A stretch of DNA of 64,000 nt from Pseudomonadota bacterium (GCA_015493505.1 WGDA01000153.1:1962-65961), one strand, 5' to 3'. Positions 27,052-36,677 are shown, numbered from the stretch's first letter. Notes: generated from the letters alone by a model not told the origin. Program-made: numbers and translations.

Positions 27052-28536
27052 TCAGATCTGTTTTTCAAGTTCGATTGTAATCTCCCGAAAACTTTGCAGG
27101 GCTGCCTCTATACTCTCAATAATCTCTTCGGCCAGTACGTCCGGTTCCGGCAGGTTATCCAGATCAGTCAGGTTGGCGTCCTTTAGCCACAGGATATCGA
27201 GGCTGGCCTTGTCGCGGCTGATTATTTCCTCATAACTGAATTTCCGCCAGCGGCCCCCCGGGTTTTTCTCCGGGTGCCAGGTTTCCGTGCGTTTGTAGCG
27301 ATTGAGCGGATTATAGAGTTCGATGAACTCCTTAAGGTCTTCGTAGCGAAGGGGCTTTTTTTTCAGTGTGTGATGGATATTGGTTCGGTAATCATAGAAC
27401 CAGACCTCCTTGGTCTGTGGTTCTTTTGCCGCAGGACGATTGTTAAAGAAGAGCACATTGGCCTTGACCCCATGGGCGTAAAAGATGCCGGTGGGCAGGC
27501 GCAAAATGGTATGGAGATCCGTGGTCTCCAATAGTTTGCGGCGCACGGTTTCACCGGCTCCGCCTTCAAAAAGGACGTTATCCGGCACCACAATGGCAGC
27601 CTTGCCGGTGGTTTTCAGCATGGAGCGCACGTGTTGAACGAAATTAAGCTGTTTGTTGGAGGTAGTTACCCAGAAATCCTGGCGGTTATAGGTGAACTCT
27701 TCCTTTTCCGCCTTGCCTTCACCGTTGGTAATGGTGATGGAGCTTTTCTTGCCAAATGGCGGATTGGTGAGCACATAGTCAAAGGTCTGCTTCGGTGGGG
27801 CGATCAAGGCGTCGGTGGGATCAATGGACGGCTCAGCGTCAATATCACCAATGCCGTGCAAAAGCATGTTCATCAGCGCCAGGCGGCGGGTATTGGCGAC
27901 AATTTCGTTGCCAAAAAAGGTTTTGAACTTCAGAAATTCTTTCTGGGCCCTGTCCAGCTTGTAGTTTTTTGAGATAAACTCATAAGCACCGAGAAAAAAA
28001 CCGCCTGTGCCGCAAGCTGGATCGGCAATGGTCTTGCCGGCCTCGGGCCGCACACATTCCACCATCGCCTTGATCAGTGGCCTGGGTGTAAAATATTGCC
28101 CCGCGCCGGATTTCACGTCCTCCGCGTTTTTGGCAAGCAGTCCCTCGTAGATCTCGCCTTTGACATCGGCACCCATCATCGTCCATTGCTCTTTATCGAT
28201 CATGTCGATGATGCGATAGAGCATGGCCGGGTCCTGTATCTTGTTCTGGGCCTTGGTGAATATCTGACCCAGCATTCCCTTCTGCCGGCCAAGTTCACGC
28301 AATAACCGTACATAAAAGGCTTCCAGCTCCGCTCCCCGCCGCTTTTTCAGCTCCGGCCAGCAATATTCCGTCGGAATGCCGATATCCCGGTTATATGGAG
28401 GTTTGCCGTATTCGTCAGCCATCTTCAGAAAAAGCAGATAGGTGAGCTGTTCCAGGTAGTCGCCATAGCTCACACCCACGTCACGAAGGACATGGCAGTA
28501 ACTCCATATTTTTTGAACAATATTTGCTGTGTTCAT
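27052..28536 (-). CDS. hsdM: Type I restriction-modification system methyltransferase subunit
   Basis: N6-adenine methyltransferase motifs (LTNPPFG, and ADPACGTGGF for SAM binding) in a 494-aa protein. Confidence 0.92.
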   Translation of the reverse strand: MNTANIVQKIWSYCHVLRDVGVSYGDYLEQLTYLLFLKMADEYGKPPYNRDIGIPTEYCWPELKKRRGAELEAFYVRLLRELGRQKGMLGQIFTKAQNKIQDPAMLYRIIDMIDKEQWTMMGADVKGEIYEGLLAKNAEDVKSGAGQYFTPRPLIKAMVECVRPEAGKTIADPACGTGGFFLGAYEFISKNYKLDRAQKEFLKFKTFFGNEIVANTRRLALMNMLLHGIGDIDAEPSIDPTDALIAPPKQTFDYVLTNPPFGKKSSITITNGEGKAEKEEFTYNRQDFWVTTSNKQLNFVQHVRSMLKTTGKAAIVVPDNVLFEGGAGETVRRKLLETTDLHTILRLPTGIFYAHGVKANVLFFNNRPAAKEPQTKEVWFYDYRTNIHHTLKKKPLRYEDLKEFIELYNPLNRYKRTETWHPEKNPGGRWRKFSYEEIISRDKASLDILWLKDANLTDLDNLPEPDVLAEEIIESIEAALQSFREITIELEKQI

Positions 28537-29981
28537 GGCGTGTGCCCCTCGATTTCGCGCGTTAGATGTTTCCCCTTTTCCGTCAGGCGGTACTTCTGCA
28601 AACGGCTGTTTGGCTTTTCAGGGTAGGTGTATTCTATCAATCCCTGTTCAAGCAAATTCTTAATCATGCGTTTGAAAGCGCCTGTTTTTGTCTCAAGCCC
28701 CAGGGCCTTTGCCATCTCTGAAGACGAAAGAGGGGTATTTGAAAGGAGCGCCAAGAGGGTTTTCCACTGGGCCCCTGACTGGGCCCTCAACTGGGCCCTC
28801 GACTGGGGCTTCAACTGTGCCGATTTTTTAACGGGAATTGCCTTCGCCAATGGGAAGAGGAAACGTACTCGCAGGCCCAGTTCCCTGATGGAAGGTTCCG
28901 GGAACCCCAGGGCCGCCGTTTGACTGAAGATGCGTGGCACGCCGCTACCCCACTGTTCTATGAGATTCAATTCGCGAAAGACGCGGGCGATGACTGGATT
29001 ACGGATTTTGGAGATTCCTTGTTTCATGTCGTCGACCGTTATGCCGGGAGGCAGGATGCCGGGGTTTTCAATCTCAATGCGGTCATCGAAAAAAGCTATT
29101 CGGACGGGGCCGCCCCGCTGGGACCAGTCGGCGTGTACCAAGGCGTTGATAACCGCTTCCCGAAGCGGTTCCAGTGGAATGCTCCAAACATCCTTGCGCC
29201 GAATATTGGAGAAGTCCGCGCCGCGCATGGCGTGTTTTTTTAGAAACAGCATGATGCTGTCCACGGATTGCGGCAGAGGCTCCTCAATCTCAATATGGTC
29301 GAAAATTTCTGATTTGTCTGTGCCGATGAAGCGTCCGCATTGGACCCAGCAGTCTGGGAAATGAAAGGTCCGGTCACGGCCGAAAAGCAGCACGCCACCC
29401 TTGGAAGGGACGGTTTTGCCCTGATTCTGAACAAGGATTTTAAGGGTGCGCAGCGCGCGATCATTTAGCTCCCTGATTCCGGAAAACACGTGGCGGGCGG
29501 CATCCAGGTTAAGGCCGTTGATGGAAAGCTCCGGCATGGGCATTTCGTCAAAAGAAACCCCTTCCACTGAGCGGCGCAATTCTGCAATCAGCTCCTTGTC
29601 CGCCTGCCTATTGCTGGAGCCCAGGCGAACGTAAACTCCGTTTTCCGGGCCTTCCGCTTTCAGCCAATGGGGACGCAGATTGCTGAGGAATACCTCGACC
29701 ACGAGCAGGGTTTTCCCTTCAACAGTAACAAGCTCGATATTGGGAACCAGGCGTGGAGAGATAGAGTCTGCGATTAAGTTGCTCAGGCGTTCTTCTTCGT
29801 CCAGCGGGTCTTCCACGCCGACAACTTCACGGGTCTTGTCCCGCACTCCGATGATAACTCTTCCTCCGGCAGTGTTGGCGAAGGCGGTTAGCGTTTTCAG
29901 CAGGTTTTGTGGCGAGGACAGGTCTCGTTTGAACTCAAGGGTTTTGCCCTCCGGAGCCTTGAGCAGCTCAGTGATTTTCAT
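28533..29981 (-). CDS. Schlafen-like AlbA_2/HATPase_c_4 putative DNA-binding protein (COG2865 family) embedded in the hsd operon
   Basis: 482 aa with an N-terminal AlbA_2-like divergent ATPase domain (TAFANTAGGRVIIGV) and a C-terminal wHTH. It overlaps hsdS and hsdM by a few nt on each side. Confidence 0.6.
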   Translation of the reverse strand: MKITELLKAPEGKTLEFKRDLSSPQNLLKTLTAFANTAGGRVIIGVRDKTREVVGVEDPLDEEERLSNLIADSISPRLVPNIELVTVEGKTLLVVEVFLSNLRPHWLKAEGPENGVYVRLGSSNRQADKELIAELRRSVEGVSFDEMPMPELSINGLNLDAARHVFSGIRELNDRALRTLKILVQNQGKTVPSKGGVLLFGRDRTFHFPDCWVQCGRFIGTDKSEIFDHIEIEEPLPQSVDSIMLFLKKHAMRGADFSNIRRKDVWSIPLEPLREAVINALVHADWSQRGGPVRIAFFDDRIEIENPGILPPGITVDDMKQGISKIRNPVIARVFRELNLIEQWGSGVPRIFSQTAALGFPEPSIRELGLRVRFLFPLAKAIPVKKSAQLKPQSRAQLRAQSGAQWKTLLALLSNTPLSSSEMAKALGLETKTGAFKRMIKNLLEQGLIEYTYPEKPNSRLQKYRLTEKGKHLTREIEGHTP

Positions 29982-31542
29982 TTTTTCTCCTTCGGGATTT
30001 TTTGGATGGTCGTGTGGAGGCCTCCCGCTCCGCCTTGATGCGTTTCAGGAGTTCCGATGCAGGCGGGTCGTTAGGGTCCTGAGGCATGAGTTTGCCGGAA
30101 AAGGCCTTTTTGAGGATGGCCTGACGGAGAAGTTCGGCTTGTTTGAGGGCGTTGTCGATGGTTCCCTTTATATGTTTAGCAATTGTCAAATGAGTTTCCA
30201 ACTTAAGCAAGATATGTTCTTGTTCAGCACGTGAACAAATCGGTACTGGAACATGCTGAATATCTCTTAAGTAAATTGCCTGTTGTGCGGTAGCTCCAGA
30301 TATCGACACAAGGCGTTTGTTAATTGATGGAGATTTTAGGCTGTAAAGCAAATATGTACTAATTACGTGTGAATAAGTTTTCAATAGAATTACACTTCCT
30401 AATAAACAAAATTTTTCATTAGTATTAACAATGCACATTCTTCCAACAGTTGCCCCGCGACTGACAATAAGAATATCCCCGAATTCTGGATTACAGCGAA
30501 GCAGTGCTTTTCTGGCAGTTTCCTCAGATATAAACAAAGGGTCGGAAAACGAAACACCTTTATCTTGGATATCTTTTGCCGATAGAAAATATACTCCACT
30601 TTTTTCAATTTTAGGCCGAAAATGCTCACCGTCTGTAATCTTGAGTGACAAGTCATTGAGTTTAGTCCACCCCCACCCCTCGGGCAATTCCGGGAGTTCG
30701 GCCAGTTCTTTTTCGGTGAGCGGGGGCAGTTCCTTGGGTTTGCGGGGTTTGGTTGGTTTTTTGCCGGGTTTGCCCTGGGCCTCCCACTCCTTGATAGCCT
30801 GTTTCCATTCCTCCAGTTGCCGCTGATAGCGTTTCTCCCGCTCGGTTTTGGCGCGTGCCAGCAGTTCTTCGGCGGATTCCAGTTCGTCCGCGTGTTCCTC
30901 GCGCCACTGTTCGGTGAGTCGGCCGTCAAAGGCGGATTTGAGCAGGGACTGGCGGTATAGCTCCAGTTTCTCTTTCACCTTTTTCAGCTCTGCCACGGCC
31001 TTGTCCAGTTCGGAGAACAGCCGCTCGATTTTGGCCACGATGCGGTGTTGTTCGGGAAGGGGGGCTAAAAGAATTGGAAATTTTCTGGTTTCTGCCAGCG
31101 GAAGAGTTAATCGACCTGAACCTGTCGCCCTATCATGTGATAGTCGATAAATCCACGGCGTATTCATATATAATTCTAAATACTTAGGCAGAACAATCTC
31201 TTTAATTGGCTTTAGCAATCCTAATCCAACAAACAAGGAGACTTGTTCATGAAAATCAATGCGTTTAGCAAATCCTAAAGTACCAATTCTCGGAAAAACT
31301 ATGTCGTCAAACTCAGGGTCGCATCGTTTACAGAGTTCTGCATGATCTTTTTCAGAAATATATTTTTCATAAGCACTGAAATCGATAGGCTTAAACGGAC
31401 GGATATTTTTAATTGAAATGAACCGAATCCCTTTTGATTGATACTTGGGTGTTTTATGTGTGCCATCGGTAATTTTAGAGCAAACATCTTCCAATGCAGC
31501 TTGCACCCAACCTTTGGGGAGTTCCGTTAGAAAACTACTCAT
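29968..31542 (-). CDS. hsdS: Type I RM specificity subunit
   Basis: Two target-recognition domains separated by a long K/P/E-rich coiled-coil spacer, with the conserved LPPLxEQ-type motif PLPEQHRIVAKIE. The protein is 524 aa. Confidence 0.88.
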   Translation of the reverse strand: MSSFLTELPKGWVQAALEDVCSKITDGTHKTPKYQSKGIRFISIKNIRPFKPIDFSAYEKYISEKDHAELCKRCDPEFDDIVFPRIGTLGFAKRIDFHEQVSLFVGLGLLKPIKEIVLPKYLELYMNTPWIYRLSHDRATGSGRLTLPLAETRKFPILLAPLPEQHRIVAKIERLFSELDKAVAELKKVKEKLELYRQSLLKSAFDGRLTEQWREEHADELESAEELLARAKTEREKRYQRQLEEWKQAIKEWEAQGKPGKKPTKPRKPKELPPLTEKELAELPELPEGWGWTKLNDLSLKITDGEHFRPKIEKSGVYFLSAKDIQDKGVSFSDPLFISEETARKALLRCNPEFGDILIVSRGATVGRMCIVNTNEKFCLLGSVILLKTYSHVISTYLLYSLKSPSINKRLVSISGATAQQAIYLRDIQHVPVPICSRAEQEHILLKLETHLTIAKHIKGTIDNALKQAELLRQAILKKAFSGKLMPQDPNDPPASELLKRIKAEREASTRPSKKSRRRKNENH

Positions 31543-34304
31543 GCCGCAAGCGCCTCGTTCACCTCGTCAATGATCCGGTCCATGTCCGCGCCAAAGAGCT
31601 GCCACATCTTTCCCAGCCCCCCGTGGGCGTCAAACGGCGCCAGGTCCAGGTCGTTCCGTTCCAGGTGATAGGAGGCGGCGATATGGTCGCGGATCATGCG
31701 CAGCCATGCCATCTGTTCCTCGGTGAATTTCCGGCCTGCGCCTTCGTGCCTCTTGAATATCCATTCCTTGAAATTGCGGTTCACGGTCTCGGAAAAAGGG
31801 GTCAGCGTACTGTCAATCCCCGCCACCCTGCGGATCAGGGAGACCAGGGCGGTGAGTTCGCTGACAGGTGATTTGCCCTTGACATCATCCAGCATGGCGT
31901 AGGCGTCCCAAACCCGCAACGGGGCAAGGCGCGGACGGTCGGCGCGCAGTTTTCCCAGAACCTCCCGCAGCATCTGATAGGTGACGTCCCGCCGGCGGTA
32001 GGGCTGGTCATAAAAGATGGTGAGCGCCGTGAGTTTGTCCTTATTTTCCCGTAGAAAATCGGCAAACTCGCGAGTAAGCTTTTCCCCGTTTTCCCTGGCA
32101 TTGCCGTCCCATTCCGCCCGAAGGAGCCGGTCAATGTTCTGGTTGTCGATGACCTGTTCATGGATACGGCGGATGTTTTCCAGCATCTCGTTCAGCTCAC
32201 CAGTGAAGACGGTGGTGGCCTGTTTCGCCAGGATGGAAGCAACCTGTTTACGCTGATCTTCGTCTGGTTCAACCTTTATTGACAGTTTAAACTGCTCTCG
32301 GGCCTGCCGTTCTATCCTGTCCGGATCAACCGCCTCCAGCAGCTCCCGGGCGATACGGGTCAGGGGCTTGCCCGCCTTTTGGGCGACCTGATCCCGCTCT
32401 TTGTCGTCAAGCTGCTGATTGAGGCGCGCCAGGCGATTCGCCAGGGAGGTCAGGGTGTCTTCATCGTCCGCGCCCATGAGCACGGACATGAGCAGGTCCT
32501 TGAAGGAGACCGAGGGCTTGCGTTCCAGAGGGCGGCTGTCGGTTTTGAGGGATTTGGTCACGCCCACGGCGTCCACGATGACGAAATGGTTTTTGGGTCT
32601 GATGGCAGACGGGGTCACCTTCTTGAGGTCGTCATGGCTCAAGACTCGTGTACCGCGCCCCTTCATTTGCTCGAAATAGTTGCGGGATCGGACATCTCGC
32701 ATGAAGAGGAGGCATTCCAGCGGCTTGACGTCGGTGCCGGTGGCAATCATGTCCACGGTGACCGCGATACGGGGGGCGTATTCGTTGCGGAACTGGGCGA
32801 GGACCGATTTGGGGTCTTCCTCGGACCGGTAAGTAACCTTTTTGCAGAAGGCGTTGCCTTCGTCGAACACCTCGCGAACGATTCGGATGATGTCATCGGC
32901 GTGGCTGTCGTTCTTGGCGAATATCAGGGTCTTGGGCACTTCTTTCCGGTTGGGAAAGATGTCCGGCAGCTTTTCCTTGAAGGTACGGATTACCTTACGG
33001 ATCTGACTGGGGTTGACCACGTCGCGGTCGAGTTGGCTGCCGCCGTATTTCAGGTCTTCATCCAGGAGTTCCCAGCGCTTTTTGCGCGTGAGCTTGTCGC
33101 GTTTGGGCACGAGGCGCTTGGCTTTGAGTTCCGCGCCTTTCTGGGTGATTTCGGTTTCGATGGTATAGACATCGTAGCCCACGTTGACGCCGTCGGCCAC
33201 GGCCTGTTCATGGGTGTATTCGCTGACCACGTTTTCATGGAAAAAGGCGAAGGTGCGCTTGTCCGGTGTGGCAGTCAGGCCGATGAGAAAGGCGTCGAAA
33301 TAATCCAACACCTGTTGCCAGAGGTTATAAATGGATCGGTGGCATTCATCGATGACGATGAAATCGAAAAACTCGATGGGGACTTTGGGGTTGTAGACCA
33401 CCGGCAAGGGTTCCTTTTGGGTGAGGCGGTGCTCGGCCGGGTTTTCCAGCTCCGCGGCCTCGTCCAGGGGTTCGCCTTTGAGGATGGAGTAGAGACGCTG
33501 GATGGTCGAGATGACCACCTGGCTGGTGTCGGCGATGTAATTTGAAGAGAGGCGTTGCACGTTGTACAATTCGGTGAACTTGCGGTTGCCGTCGTTTGGC
33601 AGGTACGCCATGAACTCCTGTTCCGCCTGTTCCCCCAGGTTTTTGGTGTCCACCAGGAAGAGAACGCGTTTGGCGTCGGCGTATTTGAGGAGGCGGTAGA
33701 TAGAGGTGATGGCGGTGAATGTCTTGCCCGCGCCGGTTGCCATCTGAATAAGCGCCCTGGGCCGGCCGGCCGCGAATGATTTCTCCAGGCGGGTGATGGC
33801 TTCCACCTGCGCCTTGCGCAACCCTTTGGTGGATAGAGGCGGCACGTTTCGCAGACGGGCACGCAGCGTCAAAGGTTGCCGCGTCCATTCCCCCAAGGTT
33901 TGTGGTTGGTGAAACCAGAATACTTCACGTGACCGGGGTTTGGGGTCACGCTCGTCTCGGAACAGTGTGATCTCGCCAGTGCTTTCATAAAGCATGGGAG
34001 GAGCTTGGCTGTTTTTAACCCATTTCAACCTGGCCCCGGCATATTTGCCGGTCTGGTCCGCGACCACGCTGATTTTTTGGCCCATCTCCGGGCGTTTGGC
34101 CTCGATGATGCCGACGGGTTCGCGGTCGACGAAGAGCACGTAATCTGCTGGGCCACGGTCCGTAGGATATTCCCGCACTGCAATGCCTTTGGCTCTGCCA
34201 AAGTCGATTTTGCTCTTATCCTGCACCGACCAGCCGGCCTCGGTAAGCATTCGATCAATGCGGTCACGGGCGATCTGTTCCGGCGTCTGATTGGGCTGGC
34301 TCAA
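31539..34304 (-). CDS. hsdR: Type I RM restriction subunit (SF2 helicase with N-terminal PD-(D/E)xK nuclease)
   Basis: N-terminus ADYVLFVDREPVGIIEAKR, helicase motif I TGAGKT, and a DEAH-like DECH box, in a 921-aa protein. Confidence 0.92.
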   Translation of the reverse strand: MSQPNQTPEQIARDRIDRMLTEAGWSVQDKSKIDFGRAKGIAVREYPTDRGPADYVLFVDREPVGIIEAKRPEMGQKISVVADQTGKYAGARLKWVKNSQAPPMLYESTGEITLFRDERDPKPRSREVFWFHQPQTLGEWTRQPLTLRARLRNVPPLSTKGLRKAQVEAITRLEKSFAAGRPRALIQMATGAGKTFTAITSIYRLLKYADAKRVLFLVDTKNLGEQAEQEFMAYLPNDGNRKFTELYNVQRLSSNYIADTSQVVISTIQRLYSILKGEPLDEAAELENPAEHRLTQKEPLPVVYNPKVPIEFFDFIVIDECHRSIYNLWQQVLDYFDAFLIGLTATPDKRTFAFFHENVVSEYTHEQAVADGVNVGYDVYTIETEITQKGAELKAKRLVPKRDKLTRKKRWELLDEDLKYGGSQLDRDVVNPSQIRKVIRTFKEKLPDIFPNRKEVPKTLIFAKNDSHADDIIRIVREVFDEGNAFCKKVTYRSEEDPKSVLAQFRNEYAPRIAVTVDMIATGTDVKPLECLLFMRDVRSRNYFEQMKGRGTRVLSHDDLKKVTPSAIRPKNHFVIVDAVGVTKSLKTDSRPLERKPSVSFKDLLMSVLMGADDEDTLTSLANRLARLNQQLDDKERDQVAQKAGKPLTRIARELLEAVDPDRIERQAREQFKLSIKVEPDEDQRKQVASILAKQATTVFTGELNEMLENIRRIHEQVIDNQNIDRLLRAEWDGNARENGEKLTREFADFLRENKDKLTALTIFYDQPYRRRDVTYQMLREVLGKLRADRPRLAPLRVWDAYAMLDDVKGKSPVSELTALVSLIRRVAGIDSTLTPFSETVNRNFKEWIFKRHEGAGRKFTEEQMAWLRMIRDHIAASYHLERNDLDLAPFDAHGGLGKMWQLFGADMDRIIDEVNEALAA

Positions 34305-34608
34305 AGGTAATTCCCCAGATCGGACATATTATTTGCCATCGTGCTCGCAAAATGAGGTTTTACGACTTGAGTTTTTCACCATAAGGTAAAATCCATTCAA
34401 TATGAGCATTTTGGTTGTTGCCGATATTCCATAAAAACTATACCTCATTTGCCGCGTATTGTACAAGAATAATTTGAATAAAATTCGAATAGTTGAAACC
34501 GGTATCAATTGATCGATTCTTGATGGAGCAAAATGGGAGGGAGCATGGTGGGCGTATTAGCTCTCTCATTTATTTTCTTTATAAAAGAGGTAAAGCAGGT
34601 TGTGAGAT

Positions 34609-34726
34609 TTCACGGGATTGCCCATTTTATCAAACGGGCAGGAAGGATTTTAAAGAAGGTCGTATCAATGTCACGGGTAAAAGCCTCTCCTTTCCCAAAG
34701 CACGGCTGGGGGTTTCGGCGCGGCAG
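34609..34726 (+). repeat. Direct repeat R2 (~118 bp), right boundary of the defense island
   Basis: Matches 22188-22305 at about 94% identity. Confidence 0.8.
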
Positions 34727-35013
34727 ATCAAAGGTGAGTAGTTCCCCGCCTGCCTGTCCCTGCTCGCGCGCAGACAGGGGGCGGGAAGAAGTCAATCCTG
34801 AAGGGGTATCTGCCTGAGAAGGGGAAGAAGCGTCGGTTAGGAGGGAGGAGGGGGATGAAAATGGAAAGCCCCTGGCTCAAAACCATGGGCCGGATGCAGT
34901 ATCGTTTGCAGGGGATGGTTCCCTTTCGCATAGACAGGGGGGGCTTTTATATTGGCTCAACACAATATTGTCTGATTGGCATCGATGATCCAGAATACGC
35001 AATTTCCGTTCTG

Positions 35014-35325
35014 TTATATCCCGTAGGCATCATCATGAGGCCCGAGCAGAACGAACTTGATGGTTTTGTCCGGTGTTTCCCGGCAATCCGAGCAGGCCAC
35101 AACGACATTGTCGCCTTTTTTCCGGCACACTTCGCAATAGAGATAGATGATGATGAAATTGCGCTTCACCGGACATGAATAAAACCCCTGCCACTTACCC
35201 TTCAACGGTTCGCCGATGGCAATCGGGTTTTCAATAATCATGTCAACCTTTTTTTTGACCAGTTTTTTTATCGAGGCGTGCTTTTTAACAGCCTTCAGGA
35301 AAGCGACCTCAAATCTGGTTTCCAT
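35014..35325 (-). CDS. Type II toxin-antitoxin toxin, RelE/ParE family
   Basis: 103 aa with a RelE-like core (KGKWQGFYSCPVKRNFIIIY). Its start overlaps the stop of the upstream RHH gene in an ATGA arrangement. Confidence 0.6.
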   Translation of the reverse strand: METRFEVAFLKAVKKHASIKKLVKKKVDMIIENPIAIGEPLKGKWQGFYSCPVKRNFIIIYLYCEVCRKKGDNVVVACSDCRETPDKTIKFVLLGPHDDAYGI

Positions 35326-35582
35326 CAGTCCCCGAAGACCTCATCGTATGAATGCCACTGTGCTGTGCCATTGCGCAGTTTGGCCTGAGCGTCTTCCATG
35401 GCCCGCTGAAAAGCCGGATGAGCGAGAATTTTTTCCATATATTCGCCCTCGACACGCCGCTTCAGGGCAAGCAGGTATTGCGTTACCATGTCCGCAACCG
35501 ACGTGCGATTTTCGGCGGCAAAGATCTTGGCGAACTCGGCAAGATCCTGGTCGAGACTTACATTGAGACGGGTTTTGGGCAT
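35325..35582 (-). CDS. Ribbon-helix-helix antitoxin
   Basis: 85 aa. N-terminal PKTRLNVSLDQDLAEFAKIF is RHH-like (beta strand followed by a helix). It lies upstream of the RelE-like gene. Confidence 0.55.
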   Translation of the reverse strand: MPKTRLNVSLDQDLAEFAKIFAAENRTSVADMVTQYLLALKRRVEGEYMEKILAHPAFQRAMEDAQAKLRNGTAQWHSYDEVFGD

Positions 35583-35785
35583 AAAAAAACCTCCTTGTTT
35601 GTTCCTATTATACGCATATCAGGAACAGATGTCAAGGATAATAAGCTGCAAAGCACAACAGCCCCCAAGCACTTTAAAAAATACCGGGTCGGTGCGCCGG
35701 TTTGAGAGAAACCATCTCCTCCCCGATCTGGTCAAGGTATGCCTGTTTCCCGGGCAGCAGGGCGCAATCTCTTTGGGAACAAGGG

Positions 35786-35822
35786 GAAATAGAAAACCCA
35801 CCTGCCAGTCGGCAGACAGGTT
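35786..35822 (-). terminator. Rho-independent terminator downstream of ssrA
   Basis: On the minus strand, the ctgcc-gact-ggcag hairpin with wobble extensions is followed by a uuuucuauuucc U-rich tract. Confidence 0.45.
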
Positions 35823-35867
35823 GTCCCGGAGAATGACTCCGGAGAGACGGGTTGTCTTTTTTTTAAA

Positions 35868-36222
35868 TGGTGGAGGCGGCGGGAATCGAACCCGCGTCCG
35901 AGAGTCTTCGGCATGAGTCTCTACATGCTTATCCGACCTATTGCATTCGCCGATCAATTGCCGGTCGGCAGGCACCTTGATCGGCATAGCCTGAAGGTCT
36001 TAGCCGCTTTCCGTTAGGCAGCGAAAAACGGTGCAACCTGTCTCGATGACGCCTCGTCAGGGTGTGACAGGTTGACACCCTGGGAGACGTGGCGGTCAAT
36101 TAAGCCGCCAGAGCGTACTCGTAGTCGTTCGCATTTATGTTTATTTCCACCAGATTCCGGGCTGGCAGACCCCGGCATGCAACCCATACCTCAACTACTC
36201 CCGTCGAGCCCTTTTCGCCCCC
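35868..36222 (-). ncRNA. ssrA: tmRNA (SsrA), tag peptide ANDYEYALAA
   Basis: The minus-strand 5' end is GGGGGCGAAAAGGGCUCGACGGG and the 3' end is GGACGCGGGUUCGAUUCCCGCCGCCUCCACCA (tRNA-Ala-like acceptor with T-arm). An internal ORF reads GCG AAC GAC UAC GAG UAC GCU CUG GCG GCU UAA. Confidence 0.9.
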
Positions 36223-36677
36223 AGGAGAGCACGCTGTGCCTCACGCTCCAAGGTTTTCCTCCGGAGCGTTTCCCGTTTGTCAAAAAGCCTTTTGCCCTTC
36301 GCGAGGGCCAATTCCACCTTTACCTTACCACGTTTAAAATATAAGCGCAAAGGAATGAGAGTCAATCCTTTTTCCTTAGTTTTTCCAAGGAGTTTTCTTA
36401 TCTCCTGTTTCTTGAGCAAAAGCTTCCGGTCCCTGAGCGGGGCGTGGTTGTTATAGGTGGCGAAGGGATAGGGGCTGATGTGCGTGCCGATGAGGAACAC
36501 TTCCCCGTTTTTGATGCGGGCGTAGCTGTCCTTCAGATTGGCCTTTCCCATCCGCAGGGATTTGACTTCCGAGCCCTTCAGGGCGATACCCGCCTCGTAG
36601 GTTTCCACGATCTCATAGTCATGCCGCGCCTTTTTGTTCTGGCAGATGACCTTGATGTTTTCATCCGGTTTTCCCAT
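36195..36677 (-). CDS. smpB: SsrA-binding protein
   Basis: [42 protein letters not shown] followed by a K/R-rich C-terminal tail. The last 9 codons plus the stop overlap the tmRNA 5' end. Confidence 0.9.
   Translation of the reverse strand: MGKPDENIKVICQNKKARHDYEIVETYEAGIALKGSEVKSLRMGKANLKDSYARIKNGEVFLIGTHISPYPFATYNNHAPLRDRKLLLKKQEIRKLLGKTKEKGLTLIPLRLYFKRGKVKVELALAKGKRLFDKRETLRRKTLEREAQRALLGAKRARRE

Noticed and set aside
34745-34785. GC-rich hairpin (cctgtc...gacagg) just right of R2 as a functional terminator
   Set aside because: No U-tract is present on either strand, and it lies about 230 nt beyond the toxin gene stop. It is probably incidental secondary structure.
34533-34817. 94-aa ORF overlapping direct repeat R2, and its counterpart at R1
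   Set aside because: The ORFs lie over the repeat with different frames and ends in the two copies. They are unlikely to be coding.
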